From contig NW_019384981.1 in the NCBI RefSeq assembly GCF_000671375.1, positions 110,966 to 140,415 on the forward strand: a DNA stretch of 29,450 nt. The letters run 5' to 3'. This DNA is from Centruroides sculpturatus. Its lineage: Eukaryota. This document shows positions 11,851 through 21,528 of the stretch, one piece after another. The notes beneath the pieces were generated by a model that was not told the origin of the DNA, made no database searches, and was given only the letters and a program-made list of their open reading frames with translations. Each line of letters opens with the position of its first letter. The stretch's first letter is position 1. Both the position numbers and the translations under genes were made by a program.

Positions 11851-11970
11851 CTTTGTCATAATTTTGTGTGTTGGAGAAGAAATTATATGAATGGGAAAAG
11901 GCATGTCTACAGCTATTTTTAGCGAAAATGAACCTCTCATGTCCATTAGATTTACAGATGACATTACATC
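11851..11970 (-). CDS. PARP4: PARP4-like exon 15
   Basis: Acceptor taaatag|GAT. Translation DVMSSVNLMDMRGSFSLKIAVDMPFPIHIISSPTHKIMTK matches human KEIGTKQSFSLTMSIEMPYVIEFIFSDTHELKQKRT. Donor AAG|gtaaat, 40 codons. Confidence 0.85.
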
Positions 11971-12612
11971 CTATTTAAAAACAACACTTAATAATAAAAT
12001 AAATGTTTTATTAAAATTTCATTCAAAAATTTAAAATCATCTTAAATAAACTAAGTATCAAAAATTTTTTTGAAAACCAATTTCATTTTTTATAACTTAC
12101 ATTATTATTTTTTAAAGTATTATTTGGCATTAAATCTAAAATACAAGTATATTGTGCAACATCATGTTTATAATTATTACCACATTTTCTTTGTTTCTAT
12201 TTACTTATGTTAACGATTAATTTATATTTGATTATAGCAGCTCAGATGAGCATCATTTAAAAAATTGTGCATCTATATTTGTTAGCCATTGCTGTTACAG
12301 GTATAAGTATCATCTAAACTAGCAATTTTGTATAAAATCTACACCTTCACAATATATTCTTGGTCTTTCAGTATCAAAGCAATGCATATGACTGTAAAAC
12401 ATTTCATACAACTGACTACAGAATGTTTTTTTTTAACATTTAAAATATTGAATAAGTTGAAAGTATTTATTCAATTTTACATCTTTCAATGCCACATAAG
12501 TTTAGATAAACTGCATCAAATTAAGATATTTCCACATAGTTTTAAAATATAGTTTATATAAAACTCATTAGATAATAATTCATATAAAATGATTAAATTA
12601 AATTTAATTTAC

Positions 12613-12771
12613 CTGAGTTTCAGTAATCAATTGTGAATGCCAAGGTGCAACAGTACCAGGTATATTAAAATTTATCACCTCATCAATTACAGGCAATTCT
12701 ATTATATATGTAATTTTAATGATCACTGTAGTTTTAGGAGGAATATTGCCAACACTTACAGTAAATACATT
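12613..12771 (-). CDS. PARP4: PARP4-like exon 14 (VIT domain, C-terminal part)
   Basis: Acceptor atttttcag|AAT. Translation NVFTVSVGNIPPKTTVIIKITYIIELPVIDEVINFNIPGTVAPWHSQLITETQ matches human DVFTVSVGNLPPKAKVLIKITYITEL...ATVAPWQQD. Donor CAG|gtaaat. Confidence 0.92.
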
Positions 12772-12833
12772 CTGAAAAATAACATAATAATGATATTTTT
12801 GTATAAGCATTAATATTTCCAATTAATGCTTAC

Positions 12834-13052
12834 TGGTTGTTCTTCATCCATAAGATATGCCCCATGCCCTTTCTGAATGGCTTCTTTATATTCTTTATGA
12901 GCCGTTTCTTTCTCTTTTATCTCACCAACAATATGTTTATCATTTATGAATGCTTCAAAGCCACAAACAGCCGCTCCTACTTCTAAAGGAAAAATATATT
13001 TGGCTTCCACAGAACTATCATTGTTGTTTTGATACACTTGCAGAACAATTAC
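12834..13052 (-). CDS. PARP4: PARP4-like exon 13 (VIT domain, N-terminal part)
   Basis: Acceptor ctatacag|GTA. Translation VIVLQVYQNNNDSSVEAKYIFPLEVGAAVCGFEAFINDKHIVGEIKEKETAHKEYKEAIQKGHGAYLMDEEQP is near-identical in blocks to human VIVFQTYTNKSHVPIEAKYIFPLDDKAAVCGFEAFINGKHIVGEIKEKEEAQQEYLEAVTQGHGAYLMSQDAP. Donor CCA|gtaagc, 73 codons. Confidence 0.92.
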
Positions 13053-13136
13053 CTGTATAGAAATTAATATATTAATTTTGTAGATTAATAAATTACATAA
13101 ACTATAAACAAATTCTCTATTTATTATCTGTAATAC

Positions 13137-13279
13137 TTCAGATACTAAATCGATTATTTTTGCTTGGACATCAACTGATTTTAAGGGAACTTCAATATTT
13201 TCTACATTATTTATTAATTTCAAGCCAGCTTCTATTTTTTTATTACTTTCCACACTTAAATTCTCTTCAGTTTCAAAAT
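13137..13279 (-). CDS. PARP4: PARP4-like exon 12 (linker into VIT domain)
   Basis: Acceptor tttacag|AT. Translation DFETEENLSVESNKKIEAGLKLINNVENIEVPLKSVDVQAKIIDLVSE matches human TKAGLQDASGNLVPLEDVHIKGRIIDTVAQ. Donor GAA|gtatta, chosen because it restores collinearity with human IIDTVAQ|VIVFQ. Confidence 0.8.
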
Positions 13280-13630
13280 CTGTAAATAATAAAATGCTAT
13301 TTTATTTAGTGAAAGTTAAAATAAACAATCAGTTGAAAACAAAAATATTTTAGTATTTTTAAAGATGCAATTTTGATATATTTTACAAATTTGTATATAA
13401 TTTATTTTACAATTTTAATATTAAATCTTATAAATTCTACTTGAATTTACAGATATACAGCATAAATTAATATATTTGCCATATGATACAGATATTATAT
13501 TTCATTCAGTTTCATGAACTTTCAAAATAAATTACTTTCTTTTGAAATTTTTGTCTGCAATTTATAAATTTGCAGACAAAATATGTCTACTTAATTTTAT
13601 AAATTTAACATATCTGTAAATACATTTTAC

Positions 13631-13787
13631 CTAAATTAATATGATTTTTATCAGGTTTAAGAGGAGGTTCTTCTTCTAAAAGCTCTGTGATATCTGGAAA
13701 AGGTTTCACATCATCCTCTGGCAATGAAAATTCAATCAAATATTTTAATTGTTGTTGACAAGGATCATAGATAACAAATTCATCATC
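13631..13787 (-). CDS. PARP4: PARP4-like exon 11 (catalytic Glu; end of PARP domain)
   Basis: Acceptor ttacaacag|GAT. Translation DDEFVIYDPCQQQLKYLIEFSLPEDDVKPFPDITELLEEEPPLKPDKNHINL matches human DDEFVVYKTNQVKMKYIIKFSMPGDQIKDF. Donor TTAG|gtaaaa, leaving 1 nt. Confidence 0.9.
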
Positions 13788-13863
13788 CTGTTGTAACACA
13801 AAATAACAATAAGATTTAATAAAATAATTCTTAATAATTAAAAGGCAATAACTATAATTTCAC

Positions 13864-14047
13864 CTGAAAATCAGTTATTTCATAATCTGATGTTTTAATT
13901 CCATGAACACTTTCAAATCCTTCTGGAGGCTTACTCAGAGAAATCTGGAACTTATTTGTATGATATACTTTTCCTAATGCAACTTCACAAACCAGGATAA
14001 ATCTGGTATTCCTCATTTTATTCACAGCAGAATATTTAATGCAAGAA
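13864..14047 (-). CDS. PARP4: PARP4-like exon 10 (catalytic domain)
   Basis: Acceptor ttttag|T. Translation SSCIKYSAVNKMRNTRFILVCEVALGKVYHTNKFQISLSKPPEGFESVHGIKTSDYEITDFQ matches human LSTSIKYSHPGETDGTRLLLICDVALGKCMDL...PPGYDSVHGV...TTDFE. Donor CAG|gtgaaa. Confidence 0.9.
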
Positions 14048-14852
14048 CTAAAATTAAAATAAACATTTCAATATTATAATACTAATAATATTATATTAAC
14101 AGATTGTCATTTGCAAATTAAGTTTCATTTACTATAATTATTACAAACTTTATAAATAATTGCCAAACCCCATATTAATATACAAATACATAACTGACAG
14201 ATTTTTCAGACTATAATGTGATTACTAATTCATTACACAAAGTAAATAGTTTGGTTTATGGCACACGCTTAAAATTCATCATCTATTAAATTTATTAAAA
14301 CAAAAATAAATTTAGATTAAAATGAATTATTTAAAAGTTTCTGGAAGAAAAGAGTGACTCAGAATGAACTTGATTTTGCATTTTTAATACATCATGCAAA
14401 TGCTTTAATTATTAACAGTTATACTACACGTAACTCCATCTGATCTTTTCTTCCAGACATATATTATGCAAAGTCATATAGTCAAACATGTTAATCACCA
14501 CACTAACCAGAGACATGTCACACACATTGTCCTCTCTTACTCTCAGCTGACTTCAAGCTTTACCCTGGCTTTTTGTGTGCACACATGCACACAAATAATT
14601 ACCATGCTATATGGTTATAACAATCACTTCTGTCTGATTTAATAAAATAACATGTGAAATAATTTTGACTTGTATTTATTTTGTTTACCTATTCTCTAAT
14701 TATTGATTTTTGTTTTGAACATAATAAGTTTCATATATAATTTATATCACTTTGAAAATTTTTTTATACACAAATTTTAATATATTTATATTATTAGAGT
14801 AATTAAATTAGTAATAATTAAAATTTTCATTAGAAATATAAACAGAACCAAC

Positions 14853-15089
14853 CTTGCAGAATCCGTAAAATAAATTCCACTACCAAGCATTCCAACATCA
14901 GTTCTTTCAACTCCAGATTCTGCTACAATAACTCTTGGCAACTTCAAACCACGTGAAAGAATACCAACAATGTTAGAAGATACAGTAGAGTGAAATAATA
15001 ATTGTTTGTTTGATATTTGGCTTGTAAATTCTGCATATTCTATATCACGATGAATAGCATAAATATTATGAACTTTAATACATGTTTCC
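14853..15089 (-). CDS. PARP4: PARP4-like exon 9 (ADP-ribosyltransferase catalytic core, H and Y of triad)
   Basis: Acceptor ttgtag|G. Translation (R)ETCIKVHNIYAIHRDIEYAEFTSQISNKQLLFHSTVSSNIVGILSRGLKLPRVIVAESGVERTDVGMLGSGIYFTDSA matches human LLHGSPVQNIVGILCRGLLLPKVVEDRGVQRTDVGNLGSGIYFSDS. Donor GCAAG|gttggt. 237 nt, phases 2 in and 2 out. Confidence 0.9.
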
Positions 15090-15143
15090 CTACAAAAGAA
15101 AAAAATGAAAAAATATTAATTTGCACACATACATTCAAAACTT

Positions 15144-15175
15144 TGTGTGTGTGTGTGCACACACTACACACAGAT
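15144..15175. repeat. (TG)n/(CA)n microsatellite
   Basis: tgtgtgtgtgtgtg followed by cacacactacacaca. Confidence 0.8.
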
Positions 15176-15661
15176 AAAAGGGAGATAAACCTTTACGAAA
15201 AAAAATATATGCTAAAATTGATTTTAATAAAGCATACCCTATTCAATAAGTAGATGTATTGTTTTAAAAAAAGTATAACCTTACTTATGTGGCCATCTTC
15301 AGAATATACAATTTCCGGACACATAAGTGAGATGGTTACTTAGGTGGGGTGTTTCCTTAACTCTGTCTTGTGGACACTAAGAGGACCTTTCTAGCAAATT
15401 CATCATGGTTTGCCAGTTACATAGTTACATTTTTTATAAAATACAATCAGGATTCAAAAAAGATCTCAGTAAACTGTTCCAAAAACTATAGCAATGAAAG
15501 TTCAATTCATTTAAAATGCTTTAAACAATACATTGCTTTTACATGTGCATGTTTTCTTGTTCTGTTGGCCACATAAACAGGAATAAATAACTTTTGAATG
15601 CTCCTATCTTAGCCACAAAAATGGAGTTTAATTTATTTTAAAACTTATGCTATTTTCAACA

Positions 15662-16900
15662 ATTACAGTTAGAAATTGAACTGTAGCAGCCTGTTGATAT
15701 ATGCTTGAAATTGTGATGTACTCTGTTATGTAAAACTTATACAAATGTTTGAGTTCCACACATGTTGGTCACATGACAGCACAGATAAGAGATTTCAGGC
15801 AAATATGTGCATGCAGTCAGTTTTCGTTGGATGTGAAATTTGAATGTGGAGGAGTGAAGTTACAATAATAAAATTCTGGACATGTCTTCTAGGCAACATT
15901 TAGATGATTTTACTCATGAAAGAACAATCGGAAAGCTGGAAGAAGGGCAAAAAATAACAGATGTTGTGCATGAATTTAACATTGCACACAGTATCATTTC
16001 TAGACTATGGACAGCATTTCAAACTAGCGGAATGTGCAGCAGGCACAATGAGGAGGTCGTCCTAGCAGTACAACACCCCAAGAAGATCGGTATATTGTTC
16101 TTTCAGCAAAAAGGAATTGACGTAGCACAGCTGGTGAACTGGCAAGTCATTTACAGGGAGCCACAGGAACTAAGATATCCCATAAAACTGTTGCAAGACA
16201 TTTGTGAAAGAAATGGACTATACGCCTGAAGATCTGTTGTATGTGTCCCACTCGAAAGTCCACCGAAGTGCCCATTTGCAATGGTGCCGTCTGCATTGCA
16301 ATTGGACTAATGACAACTGGGCTATCATGTTCTTCTCAGATGAGAGTAGATCCAGTCTATCATCTGATTCTAGATGGCAACCGATGGGAACCAAGAGTGG
16401 AAGGAGAGTGAGAAAGATTGTTCTAGTCTGTCACAAGACAAGGTTCAACTCCATTGATTTACTCAGTACAAGTGGACATGATTATCGACAAAGACTGAGA
16501 TATTACTGTATCTAACAATTCTTAGATATTATTATAAATCTCACCCATAAAAATTAATTCACAGAATTCTATATTTTCTATTTACTTTGTTAATAACTTT
16601 GTTTGCATCAGCAGCACATCTTTTTCATTATTTAAATTGTTTTATTTTGCAAAGCATAAAATTATACAATATCTTCTTAAAAAAGCACGTTTAATAATCA
16701 ATTTTTATAAAACTTTAATTTATGCTTTTTCAAGAAAATCATTACTGTTTTTATTTGAACTAGAGGATACCTTATATGCAGGACTTTGAAGAACTTTTTG
16801 AAAAAGAAAAAACAGGGCAAAAATAAGAATATTAAGGATTCTTAATTATTTTCTAAATGCTTCTAAAAATTAAGGGTTTTTAAGGCATGTACAAACTGTA
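15662..16900 (+). mobile_element. Tc1-like DNA transposon fossil (frameshifted transposase, TACAGTT termini) inside the intron between PARP4 exons 9 and 8
   Basis: ORFs 15882..16229 and 16204..16515 carry Tc1 hallmarks. Frame 1 reads LDDFTHERTIGKLEEGQKITDV...ISRLWTAFQTSG. A shifted frame reads GGRPSSTTPQEDRYIVLSAKRN*RSTAGELAS (compare Tc1 GRPRATTPREDRYIVLSAKRNRRSTAQLVN), then TGTKISHKTVARHL, then LQWCRLHCNWTNDNWAIMFFSDESRSSLSSDSRWQ (compare RARLQWCREHRNWTVDQW..VLFSDESRF). The 5-prime end is TACAGTTAGAAATTG at 15664. Its inverted counterpart is caaactgta at 16892..16900, which reverse-complements to TACAGTTTG. The element is too short for an intact Tc1, so it carries internal deletions. Confidence 0.6.
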
Positions 16901-17254
16901 TTTTGGAAATGACAATATTTTTATAAATACAAAGTAGTTCTGAAATGCTAATATTGAAAGTTCTCAATGTGAAAGAATCTATTATTGCAACTATTTTATA
17001 CTGAATAACTTAATATAAATAATTTCTAATTAGTATAAATACTTCACAACAAATTAACTAGGCCAACTATTAATGATATTTAAATGGTAAATAAATGGAA
17101 AAATATCTTACACAAGTGCTCATTCACCACAGGATCTCCATTCAAGTAAAAACACAAATAAGGTGAAAAGGGCTTTGTTTGCACCACAATTTTCACAGTA
17201 ACAGAAGTAGCAAAGTCAGGAGAGCCTCAACACAATGAAACAAACAATTATTTA

Positions 17255-17475
17255 TTGTGACATTAAAAATTGCTGCATGGCATTGTGACAATGATCTTTT
17301 AATTTTAAAAAGTCATGCAACTTCCAGAAGTTAATCAGAGTCTCAAGCCCTAAGCTTTCCATATCTGGTTTCGATTTTCATCTATCAAACTCCATTCTCA
17401 AGATTAACAAACGACAGACAGACAGACAACAGTGGAAATGTATATATCTGCAATTTGAAAATTATAGAATAAAAA
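17255..17475 (+). repeat. Interspersed repeat family A, copy 3
   Basis: Reads cattgtgacaatg...cctaagctttccatatctggtttcgattttcatctatcaaactccattctcaagattaacaaacgacagacagacagacaacagtggaaatgtatatatctgcaatttgaaaattatag followed by an A-rich tail. Contains a (GACA)n core. Confidence 0.7.
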
Positions 17476-18061
17476 AAAGAAAGCAAAGATTTTATGTAGG
17501 CAAAGGTAACTGTGGATTAGAATTGATAACATCATTAACAAGACTTTGATATTACTTCAATTAAATATAACTTCATCATTCACTGTTTGATCCATCTGTT
17601 GACCAAACCCAAAATATTTAATAATAGCATGCTGCAACTTTTGTATGCCTTTTCAAGTGTGTACGATTCCTAAAAAGATGTTAAAAAGGCATGGACTGGA
17701 CTAATGGTTCCATAATATAAAATTTCTTGGTGTGTTCATTTTCACTGAACTTACTGAAATTTTTCTCATTTAAGGAATAATGAAAATGTTCAGACTGCTA
17801 CATAAATGCTTGCTTTATGAATTGTTTATCATGTTAATACAGTAAGACCTGCATGCATCAAAAATCCAGCAACATTCAATTAATGCTCATCAATTTTACA
17901 ATAAACTTAACTTAAATGACTATCATTAAAGTAGAAATACTGTATTAAATTTTACTTCATTACCAGGAAGTTTTTCTTCTAATAATGAATGAGATAAGTA
18001 TATTTTATAAGTCATGTATGCATGTTTTTAAGAAATAAAATACATATATTAAATACAATAC

Positions 18062-18222
18062 CGAAATTGTGAATTAATCACAAAATTATTCATTTTGTTA
18101 AATTCTTCACTATCAGAAGGCAAAAATTGAATATGACATCGAAGTGCTTTATATTTGGCATGGAAACAACCTTTCGGTGACCAACCAATGGCTTCACTGA
18201 CAGAAACCATATCTCGTAAAAC
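18062..18222 (-). CDS. PARP4: PARP4-like exon 8 (start of catalytic domain)
   Basis: Acceptor attttag|GTT, donor TTTCG|gtattg (2 nt carried over). Translation VLRDMVSVSEAIGWSPKGCFHAKYKALRCHIQFLPSDSEEFNKMNNFVINSQF matches human LIRDMVNV...AKYRALRCKIEHVEQNTEEF. Confidence 0.8.
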
Positions 18223-18294
18223 CTAAAATTTTAAACCACTTTAATAAGTACACGTAAAATTATTAAGTTAAAATTCAATTTTTTATATCCTCAC

Positions 18295-18471
18295 TTGACA
18301 TAGGTCTTTTTTTTGTGCAACTAATTGTTTAGACTTGATAGTTTGACTGTATTCTGGCACATGCGGTAAAATTGAATAAAATTCCTTACTAAGTTTCTCT
18401 AGTAATTCTTCTGAATCAAATTCATTTAACATTGAGTGAATTTGGAGTAAAATACTTTCTGCTTCATCAAT
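18295..18471 (-). CDS. PARP4: PARP4-like exon 7 (PARP helical domain)
   Basis: Acceptor tgtatag|ATT, donor CAA|gtgagg, 59 codons. Translation IDEAESILLQIHSMLNEFDSEELLEKLSKEFYSILPHVPEYSQTIKSKQLVAQKKDLCQ matches human ...TEFYRLIPHKGTMPKEV...LAKKADLCQ. Confidence 0.8.
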
Positions 18472-18564
18472 CTATACATTTGATAAAATTTTATAAAAAT
18501 TAACAAGTTTTATTATTATAATAAAATTTTTAAAAATTTATAATATTCAAATAAAGTTACAAAC

Positions 18565-18699
18565 CTTCCACAAAGGTATAAATTCGGGATGACTTAGATA
18601 TTTCTTTAAATGTCCAATTGCTTCTGTCCATATTAATTCTACAATATTTAGAACATTTTTATCTATGTGTGAAGATAATGAACTTAATTCCAACTGCAA
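18565..18699 (-). CDS. PARP4: PARP4-like exon 6 (PARP helical/regulatory domain)
   Basis: Acceptor tattttcag|TTG, donor AAG|gtttgt. Translation LQLELSSLSSHIDKNVLNIVELIWTEAIGHLKKYLSHPEFIPLWK matches human SQEVSDLVEMIWAEALGHLEHML. Confidence 0.75.
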
Positions 18700-20024
18700 C
18701 TGAAAATATACAAACTTATTCTTACAAAAGTTCACGAATTATATAAATTGTAATCTGGTTTTAAAAAACAATATAAATAAAAATATTTTATTTAAATTCA
18801 TGTTTTAAAAATAATTCATAAATTTATATTCTATAAAATGAATATTAATAATCTATTTACAAAATATTAATATTTATTGAATAAAATTCAACAATTTTGT
18901 ATGTTTCTTACTTTTAAGGTGATGCTAGAATGCATTATTTTTCAAATGATAAATGTTTTCCTGCAGATGTGAACTGTTTGTCAAGTAATAAGCCCACAAG
19001 TATATATATGCATCTATTTCCTGAGACTCAGATGTTTGAAAATAGTGTAAAAAAAAATGTAGTTTGGTGGCCAAGATGAATGTTTTTCTTCTTTAATGTG
19101 AGTGAAAAGACTGATTCCAATGAAAATAGCAAACATTCAGGTATATTTGGCAAATCTCAAATATATACCACAAATTATCCATCCGTAGCACTTTGTATTC
19201 GTCAAATGACAAATATTTGTCACTCAAGATTTAACAAAAACTGAACATGACACCATTATTAAAAATTTGCAGCGTAACCACATGAATGCAATTGAATATT
19301 TGGCTTATTCTGACTACTAATTTAGGAATTTGCCAAAATGCATTACTGTTTTTGTTCAGTTTTCCAAGTAGCCTAATTTCTTTATTATAAACTAGACACA
19401 CAAAAATTTGTGAAAATTTATTCTACCTGATGCTTTTTAATATTTAAAAACAAACAGTTATTTTATCATTTACAATTAACTGCATTTCATATTCATTACA
19501 AATAACACTCAAATATTTTAGTATACATTATTTAAAAAAATGCAAATAAACAACTCATATAACTGGATTCAGTTCAAATAAACACTAACTCATCCAGCAA
19601 GGATAAGGATACTTTAATAAGTAAAATAAACATTTTCAACTGTTTTAAAATTATGATCAGATTTAAATGAGTAGATTCAAATGAGATTGCAAATGGAATA
19701 CAAAATTTTAAAAAAGGAACAACAATTTTTATTGGATGCGACAAAATATTTAAGAGATGATATATGCATATAAGTTCAAACAAATCATAGTCTCTACTTT
19801 AACAAAGATGGAAGAGTATCCAAATTTGGACACTAACATCCCTGTAATAGCACTGAGCATCCTGTTTTGCTTATTAAAGTATACTTTCCTTGCTGGATTT
19901 TGGTCTTAGTTGTTTATTTAAAAAAAAAATTTAACAAATTTGGTTGTGAAACTAATTATTCTAATTTTATATATTATATGTCAAAATTACATGCAATATA
20001 TTTATATCAAATTTATATAGTAAC

Positions 20025-20400
20025 GATCAATTATTTATTATGACATTGTCACAATGCCAGACTGCAATTTTTAATTTATTTCATTTAAAATATATGCTCT
20101 CCACCTCAAATTAGTGGAGGCTTGCTCATAAACATCATACTTTTCCTTTAACAACAGTCATGTTGATCATCTATCTAACACCTTTCAGTAGAAAATTTTT
20201 GAATTGAAATAATGTGACTTCCAGTTTGCATCAACAGTTCATATATAGTTAATCAGGGTGTCCTGCCCCAAAGTTTCCATATTTGGTCTTGTCTTTCCTC
20301 TATCTAACTCTATTCTCGAGATTAAGGAAAGACAGATGCACAGACAAATGACAGTGGAAATTTATAGGTTTACAATTTTTTCAAATTCAGCCCAGTTATA
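20025..20400 (+). repeat. Interspersed repeat family A, copy 4 (longest)
   Basis: Reads ttatgacattgtcacaatgccagactgcaattttt...aagtttccatatttggtcttgtctttcctctatctaactctattctcgagattaaggaaagacagatgcacagacaaatgacagtggaaatttataggtttacaatttttt. Confidence 0.7.
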
Positions 20401-20709
20401 TAAATATAAATATAATTACTAATTATCATATCTAATACAATGTTTATCTTTCTTATAAATTGTTATAAGTTAAATTATTTATTTATTCACTAACAAATGA
20501 AACAACAATGAGCTTAGTAACAAAACTGACAAAACTAAAAAAGCAATTAAAGAAGTATTTCCATATGGACTTGTGTAATAAATTCTTATTTATAGTTTAT
20601 GTGTTACCATTTATTATTTTACCTTATTATTATTAACTATAATTTGATTTTTATTTATGATTTTTTAAATAAAATGGAAAAATTAAACATTTATAGTTGA
20701 AATGCATAC

Positions 20710-20877
20710 TTTTTGAAATGCAAGAGATCCAACTTCGGGATGTAGAATTTCCATAACTTCAATCATGTAATGAGGTGGTCCACATTTTGCAAAATAAAGC
20801 TGACTAAATACTGACAAAGCTCTTTCAGCTGTTTCAAGGAAATAACAAACTTTCTTACTTTCAACAATACTTTCATC
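20710..20877 (-). CDS. PARP4: PARP4-like exon 5
   Basis: Acceptor tttttcag|GAT, donor AAA|gtatgc, 56 codons. Translation DESIVESKKVCYFLETAERALSVFSQLYFAKCGPPHYMIEVMEILHPEVGSLAFQK. Collinear with the human region between BRCT and the helical domain. Confidence 0.65.
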
Positions 20878-20948
20878 CTGAAAAACATCATCATTATTTT
20901 AATTTCAAATAATAATGGCATTTTATATTCAAATAAATTCATCATTAC

Positions 20949-21095
20949 TTGTTGACTTATGTGTCCTTCTTCTACAAACACACAAAACTGTTTATCTGTT
21001 TCAACAACATTTCTTTCACTAGAAGCAACATGAAGTTCAACAATACAAAAATTATAACGTAATGTACCGCTTGAAGATGCTTTTTGTGCTTTTCC
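20949..21095 (-). CDS. PARP4: PARP4-like exon 4
   Basis: Acceptor ctttttaag|GGA. Translation GKAQKASSSGTLRYNFCIVELHVASSERNVVETDKQFCVFVEEGHISQQ; the QKASSS block matches human DQKASSSE. Donor CAA|gtaatg. Confidence 0.7.
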
Positions 21096-21240
21096 CTTAA
21101 AAAGAATTGAATTTAAAGTAATTAAAATGTAAATAAAAATAATAATACATTTATCATATAAATCAAAAGTAGAATTTTATTAAATATATTAAAAATCAAC
21201 AATTAAACAGTATTGCTCTGTAAAGATTTCTGATATTCAC

Positions 21241-21356
21241 CTTCAAAACCACAGGTTTAACAAGTTCATATCCAAGTAACTCTTCATATGGATATGTTGG
21301 AAGTGAATTCAAAAATACTTGAACAGTTGTAGGCTGTTTTTGCACATCCGAAGACA
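21241..21356 (-). CDS. PARP4: PARP4-like exon 3
   Basis: Acceptor ttttcag|TG supplies the 2 nt that complete the codon from exon 2. Translation SSDVQKQPTTVQVFLNSLPTYPYEELLGYELVKPVVLK (human NYDPYKPLDITPPP region). Donor AAG|gtgaat. Confidence 0.7.
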
Positions 21357-21528
21357 CTGAAAACCAACAGATAAGAATAAAAATATTTCCTGTACAATAT
21401 CAAATTTTAAATATTTGGCATAATCAATAATAAATGTGTGTAGTCAATTAAAATGTTATATATAATCATACTACCTACAATTAAAAAAAATGTGTATTAC
21501 CTCAAACCAGCTAATAAAAATATGATTA

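Noticed and set aside
15287-15632. Interleaved inverted-repeat pairs just upstream of the Tc1 fossil (ttatgtggcca with gttggccacataa, and cttgtggacactaagagga with tcctatcttagccacaa)
   Set aside because: The two pairs are arranged A-B-A'-B' rather than nested, and the matches are short (11 and about 18 bp). I could not resolve this into a coherent element. It may be debris from older insertions.
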